Origin: Candidatus Magasanikiibacteriota bacterium
GTDB lineage: Bacteria > Patescibacteriota > Patescibacteriia > Magasanikbacterales > UBA922
Length of the DNA: 49,025 bases
Assembly: GCA_018651085.1 (NCBI GenBank)
Contig: JABIEQ010000011.1
Span: 133,598-182,622, forward strand
Direction: 5' to 3'
Under the pieces are notes generated by a model. It was given only the letters and a program-made list of their open reading frames with translations. It did not search any database and was not told the origin of the DNA. The position numbers and the translations under genes are program-made. Shown piece after piece: positions 45,301 to 49,025 of this stretch. Position 1 is the stretch's first letter. Each line of letters starts with the position of its first letter.

Positions 45301-48300
45301 CTGTGGTAAATGATTCTTGATCTGGCACAAACTCTTCAACAACAGTATTTTGGTTTCCAAAATATTCAAGCGGTACATGAAGACTATAATTCTCTTCATC
45401 AATTGCTTCGTACTCATAGACACTTGCTGCTAGTGGACACATATACTGACTACTTGCTACATCCCAACATGTTCGTGCATCTTTTAATTCACAAGCATTT
45501 CCTGACCCAGGACAATCTGCGTTTGATACACAAAACGTTGCCTGATCATTTACTCTGTCAGAACACACCCCACAAGCACTCCATTCATTAATTTGATCAC
45601 TTGGTGCCCCTCCGATGCTTTGTCCCAAAAGTCCCCATGATGGCCAACGTGAATTTGTATATCTTGGTATAAAGGTTCCACTTTCTAACTGTGGATATGT
45701 TCCTTCATTTCGTTTAAATTGTTCAAATGCATTTTGTACTGGGGCGACATCTTGTAGACGTTCCCAATCTCTAAGGAACTTTGTTCGAGCATTTGAACAA
45801 ACACCTATAGTTTGAGGTAATGGACTCCCTCCTGCATCTCGGCAATCAAAATCAGTTACACACGTATCTGTTGTAATGTTAGCAAGACTATTTTCTGAAA
45901 TAAATTCGAGTGCGCTGTCTATTATCTCTGTTCCTTCTGCCAAACAAAAACCATAATCACTTACATTGATATTAAACTGCAATGAATCAATTAATTTCTC
46001 TACAACTTCTCGTGTATCTTCTCGTGCATTTTCGTTTACACTGATGTGTAATATATAGTTTTCTACTACTCCTTGGTTTACTTTATTTAAGGCATTTATG
46101 TAGAAATTGTCTCCGTCTGTAATTGCATCAAATCCGTCTACTGCAATAACGACAAAATCACTAATGTTTTGAAATGTGATGTCCCGTATTCCTTGATCTT
46201 GGTACCATCTTGCTGCAGAGAGTCTTCCTGGATTATCAAATATTTGCACTCCGACAACATCATTATTCACCTCATTAAACATGAGCCATCTTTTTTGTAC
46301 TTCATTTGGTAATGAACGTACTGATTGACACGCATTCAATGTATTTTCTCCGGCACCACACTGCCCATATGACTGAAAATCAATACATTCAATATCTTCT
46401 GTACAAAATATATCTGCTAATTCACAAAAATTTTGATCTACAAGACATGGCCCGAAATCTTCAGTTACGGCACAACTACTATCATCAGTACAAGAAAGGG
46501 CATCATTTTCACTACATACACGGTTAAAACAATCACCGTCGGCTGAACAGGCTTCTCCGACATTATCACCATGAGCACATTGTTTTACGGTATCTGAAAA
46601 TTCTGGTGTAAAGACAAATGGTCTTAAGTATGGTAAATCATCGTCAGATACACCTTGACGACCAGCATCTGCACAATAATTTAGTGAAAAATTGTAAAAC
46701 TTTCCAAATACTGATGGTGCTTCTCCACCACGAAATCCTTCGTCAGGGAGAATATCAAATTCATTTGGTGCATATTCATCATCATTCAGCTCTCTTCCTG
46801 GAGGATTTCCATCTTCATATGGAAATACATTATGTACAGGCCAAGGTCTTTCACAAAAAAGTGATGTTAATTGTGTTACCCCGGTAAACACTCGCCCTTC
46901 GTGTGAATCTGGTGTTCTATCTTGTATTACTGTTGCACTGGCCACACCAATTCCTTGTCCTTCGACAGTTCGTGATCCTATTAATGTAAATGCTTCTGTT
47001 GTTGTTGCTGGAGCAAATGGAATTTCGAAAATATTGTGGTTTTTTGGACCCCAGTCCCATGTCCAGTTATATACATCTTCAATGGGAACAATCCGTTGTC
47101 CATTACTACTTCTTGATTCTACAACAAATTCTTGCCCTGTTTCAGGAACACTAAACAAGTGTTGCGGTGGATCAACATCTAAATCAGCTAATTTACATAC
47201 TTCTTCTGTTGTACGGAAAATAACACTGTCGTGAAGTAAGTTTGTATTATCTGGGTTTCCAATCCCGACATCGTTTACATCTGTTATTCCTTCTAATCCT
47301 CCTCTTAAAATAATCGCATATGTTGTATCAGCTTCTAAGAGATCTTCTAGATATAACTCTACAGTTGTTGTAACGCTGTCCCCTTCTTGATCATATATTA
47401 CATGTGGTTGTGGTGCTATTTCTCCACTACACCATGTTTCAATATTTAGGGCATTATTATTTATCTGTGATGCTTGTGCTTTTCTTCCAACAATTGTGTA
47501 AAATGCTTTTTTAGCATGCCACCATACTTTTGCAAATAATGTTTCAGGTGGGGTGTCTTCAAGAAGTACTCCTACTAATGTTTCTTGGAGTTCTCCTGTG
47601 ACATCTACTTCTCTTCCATCTGAAATGTCCCGACAATTTACTGCGTCTTCGTATCCTTTTGCAATCCAGACATTACCATTTAATGTTTCTTCATCAATAA
47701 CTTCATCAAATGAAACTGATATGAATGTGTTTCTACATACTCCTTCTTCATTTCCTATTCCAGCGAGATCTCTTGGGTATGATGCACTTCTTCTTGGTCG
47801 TGGGTAACAACATGAATTACTTGCAACACCATCTTCAGCATTTGGACAATTATTAAACTGTCCATTTACTTGTTCATCAAACTCTTCATATCCACATTGC
47901 AAGAAATAATCTCCGGTTCCCTCTACTGGTGGCGTAATGTCGTCAACGGTAATAAGTGGACGATCTTCTGTTGGAGGACGCTCAATACTATTTGCTTCAA
48001 CTGAAATTTCTGTAAATTGAATTGTTGGGAATTCTTCTGGATTTCCTTGCCCTATAGCCGTTACAATTTGGATAGGGTGTTCTTCGAGTCTATTATTTCC
48101 TTGTTGATTTGGATCTTCACAACCGACATATTCCCCAACGCCCTGAATACCATCTCCACATACTGATGGATTTTCATATCCTATTGAAGACCCAGCATAC
48201 GTACAATCATCATTACACCCTGGTTCTCCAGCAGTACACCTTAAGCTTGAAGGAATAGATGGACCTTCACAAATATTTTCAAGCAAACATCCGTCGTTAC

Positions 48301-49024
48301 ATTCTGATCCTCTTGTCACTGATATTCCTTGTTCTCCATTTGGGAATGCCATGAGAAATAATCCTGGTTGCACTTCTCGAATAATCTCACATTGTTCTCC
48401 AGATTCCACTACCTGGTTTCCACAGACACTTACGGCGTTGTTACATACTTCAAGATCTTGTCCAAATTCATCACACCAACTTACCGCAAGTGGCGTTCCT
48501 GTGTGTAGACAAATTGGTGAACATCCAATTCTTCCATCTGCAATATCACAATCTTCTCCAGCCGTTACGAACCCACTTCCACACCAAGATTGCCCAACAT
48601 CACCTTCTGGTTCTCTTGATGATGTTCCGATGTTTAAACAACGAATTGGATCACAGAATCTTCCCTCACTTGGATCATTTGGATCTTCTGGATCACATTC
48701 TTCTCCTTGTTCTGGTTCAATAATACCGTTTCCACAAAATGGAGCAGCAGAACCAGGACGAAGACAATTTAGTGAACAACTTTCTCCTACGACTTCACCA
48801 ACGGGTGTATCATTAATTAATCGTGGATTTCCATCTTTAAATCGTACAATGTCTTGAATATCACAATCTTCACCAAGATCTACTACACCGTTTCCACAAA
48901 TACGAGGATTTTCTGTTGATCTTGGAATATTTGATCCAATAGACGTACATCCTGCGGTACAATATTCTGATAGATTTCCTACTGTTTCAAAATGGGTAAT
49001 ATCTGCTACTTCAGCATTTTGAGT
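42308..49024 (-). CDS. Giant acidic Cys-rich surface protein (DUF4215/Myxococcus cysteine-rich repeats, Ig-like domain), 5' end beyond the window
   Basis: Frame stays open upstream of the 48409 call to the window edge (manual translation ...ICGNGVVDLGEDCD...FCGNGIIEPEQGEECD...), so at least 2238 aa; about 11 CG(D/N)G...E.C repeats. Confidence 0.88.
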   Translation of the reverse strand, partial: TQNAEVADITHFETVGNLSEYCTAGCTSIGSNIPRSTENPRICGNGVVDLGEDCDIQDIVRFKDGNPRLINDTPVGEVVGESCSLNCLRPGSAAPFCGNGIIEPEQGEECDPEDPNDPSEGRFCDPIRCLNIGTSSREPEGDVGQSWCGSGFVTAGEDCDIADGRIGCSPICLHTGTPLAVSWCDEFGQDLEVCNNAVSVCGNQVVESGEQCEIIREVQPGLFLMAFPNGEQGISVTRGSECNDGCLLENICEGPSIPSSLRCTAGEPGCNDDCTYAGSSIGYENPSVCGDGIQGVGEYVGCEDPNQQGNNRLEEHPIQIVTAIGQGNPEEFPTIQFTEISVEANSIERPPTEDRPLITVDDITPPVEGTGDYFLQCGYEEFDEQVNGQFNNCPNAEDGVASNSCCYPRPRRSASYPRDLAGIGNEEGVCRNTFISVSFDEVIDEETLNGNVWIAKGYEDAVNCRDISDGREVDVTGELQETLVGVLLEDTPPETLFAKVWWHAKKAFYTIVGRKAQASQINNNALNIETWCSGEIAPQPHVIYDQEGDSVTTTVELYLEDLLEADTTYAIILRGGLEGITDVNDVGIGNPDNTNLLHDSVIFRTTEEVCKLADLDVDPPQHLFSVPETGQEFVVESRSSNGQRIVPIEDVYNWTWDWGPKNHNIFEIPFAPATTTEAFTLIGSRTVEGQGIGVASATVIQDRTPDSHEGRVFTGVTQLTSLFCERPWPVHNVFPYEDGNPPGRELNDDEYAPNEFDILPDEGFRGGEAPSVFGKFYNFSLNYCADAGRQGVSDDDLPYLRPFVFTPEFSDTVKQCAHGDNVGEACSADGDCFNRVCSENDALSCTDDSSCAVTEDFGPCLVDQNFCELADIFCTEDIECIDFQSYGQCGAGENTLNACQSVRSLPNEVQKRWLMFNEVNNDVVGVQIFDNPGRLSAARWYQDQGIRDITFQNISDFVVIAVDGFDAITDGDNFYINALNKVNQGVVENYILHISVNENAREDTREVVEKLIDSLQFNINVSDYGFCLAEGTEIIDSALEFISENSLANITTDTCVTDFDCRDAGGSPLPQTIGVCSNARTKFLRDWERLQDVAPVQNAFEQFKRNEGTYPQLESGTFIPRYTNSRWPSWGLLGQSIGGAPSDQINEWSACGVCSDRVNDQATFCVSNADCPGSGNACELKDARTCWDVASSQYMCPLAASVYEYEAIDEENYSLHVPLEYFGNQNTVVEEFVPDQESFTTERWCQPGQIISPFGEACGDGIVNQVSEQCDPPGSRILSSQGYYPTEEGLCNYDNTQTSCSTDADCPISLLEEGVNFADVPETEVCLVDNEIIFTERNENEIDGVFQCNSTDACRDIRTYSEEGLPTAVSVLSNPIRQETIDATLLENPFQRTRFTCGAIKDSESYLGLNLETTQCVGAQEGEVGLCREGDVGVGICNNECQYVYGSCREIFECGNGVVEGDEACDDGSVNGEYGQCNSQCTGFSGVARCGDGQINIDQDTNQPLEHCEIIEDTHVTLNSGANKIRVIYPQLLEESSGSDIIIRMCNNEGIILCERAFIEFGSLFQNIEDIKDEESYQTHYCSGDPQLRCDIERGNADCTAPSPDNVIDLLDNEITRNDVREKVLPVDELVSYGDCVEAGTNRYGSSYHHFEGVSCSEDCQRAGGYCGDGIIESVESCDDGNNVDGDGCSAICQIEEGENNNQNNNQQEVRCDDGIVQAERGEVCDLGVENGIACVPGYDESCTYCSDDCREVLQVDSPLFCGNNDIEDIEVCEFIDNTVTYRKQYCQFEDEVLDTLCTQNSECHGTCFALGGICVLGDRVWAAGCNTDQECTQEELFCGVELSEEVFTEGCADVGEYSCNNSCTNVTNDCLSCNLVSPPGGTVPRAKFINPLFGHQEFDEEDNWSGRATVRLFREQGGFFNPLNQRIWQGSHITIGSDYEVTLLGSEEARIETNVRCSGEYEVEFNRSRVSLGEYNEFLYPVRGQAEAITNEFIASPAVPEGTFRVVLRWTNDEGGENAPFLLNVYNQEFNDRVFGGFPKVLGYPIDTSNPFVSEISGSLGLSENPNYSNYWWPTDNMHQWYEHVYAHREQSLDNTFIQSFTIETDKPQGEGSVENATYAIFVGTDGVPIFGHIHSNLQVEVYEYNERQNPRYSIYKPAHTFEIRGAAGTSSNEVARYWHAFNLVKKNGGYEVEVVKEGNREYEDGTIESGFQDVKCNISTEFCNDSENENEQNQEG

Positions 49025-49025
49025 A

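Noticed and set aside
48409-48409. GTG at 48409 as the start of the giant protein
   Set aside because: Frame is open upstream to the window edge with more of the same Cys repeats.

Overview
AT-rich bacterial chromosome segment in genetic code 11 (TGA acts as a stop, e.g. the ATGA overlap of ybeY/dgkA). Gene content suggests a Patescibacteria/CPR organism, probably Parcubacteria/ABY1 (inference from GAGC-type lipoboxes, a DUF4012 protein, N-extended L7/L12, truncated TsaB, near-absence of Shine-Dalgarno sites and a giant Cys-rich surface protein). Most genes are housekeeping on the minus strand: M16 peptidase, glyQS, dtd, frr, holB, mreB, rplJL, dnaE, pyk, nrdR, ftsAZ, dgkA, ybeY. A plus-strand repair/stress block holds recQ, msrAB, mutS and tsaD, and a tRNA-Glu(TTC) is followed by a roughly 2.9 kb variable region. 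Main highlights: (1) a very compact glycine T-box riboswitch upstream of glyQS, with the GGC specifier in the terminal loop of an ultrashort Stem I; (2) a MutS7-type MutS-HNH fusion; (3) a PEP-synthase-like protein that has lost most catalytic residues but keeps the phospho-His and is fused to a TM/lipobox plus an extracytoplasmic domain, next to pyruvate kinase; (4) a repeat-flanked accessory region after tRNA-Glu; (5) a >2200-aa Cys-rich surface protein with an embedded pilin-like segment, followed by three anchored DxDxDG Ca-binding repeat proteins. All calls come from reading motifs by eye; no database searches were run.
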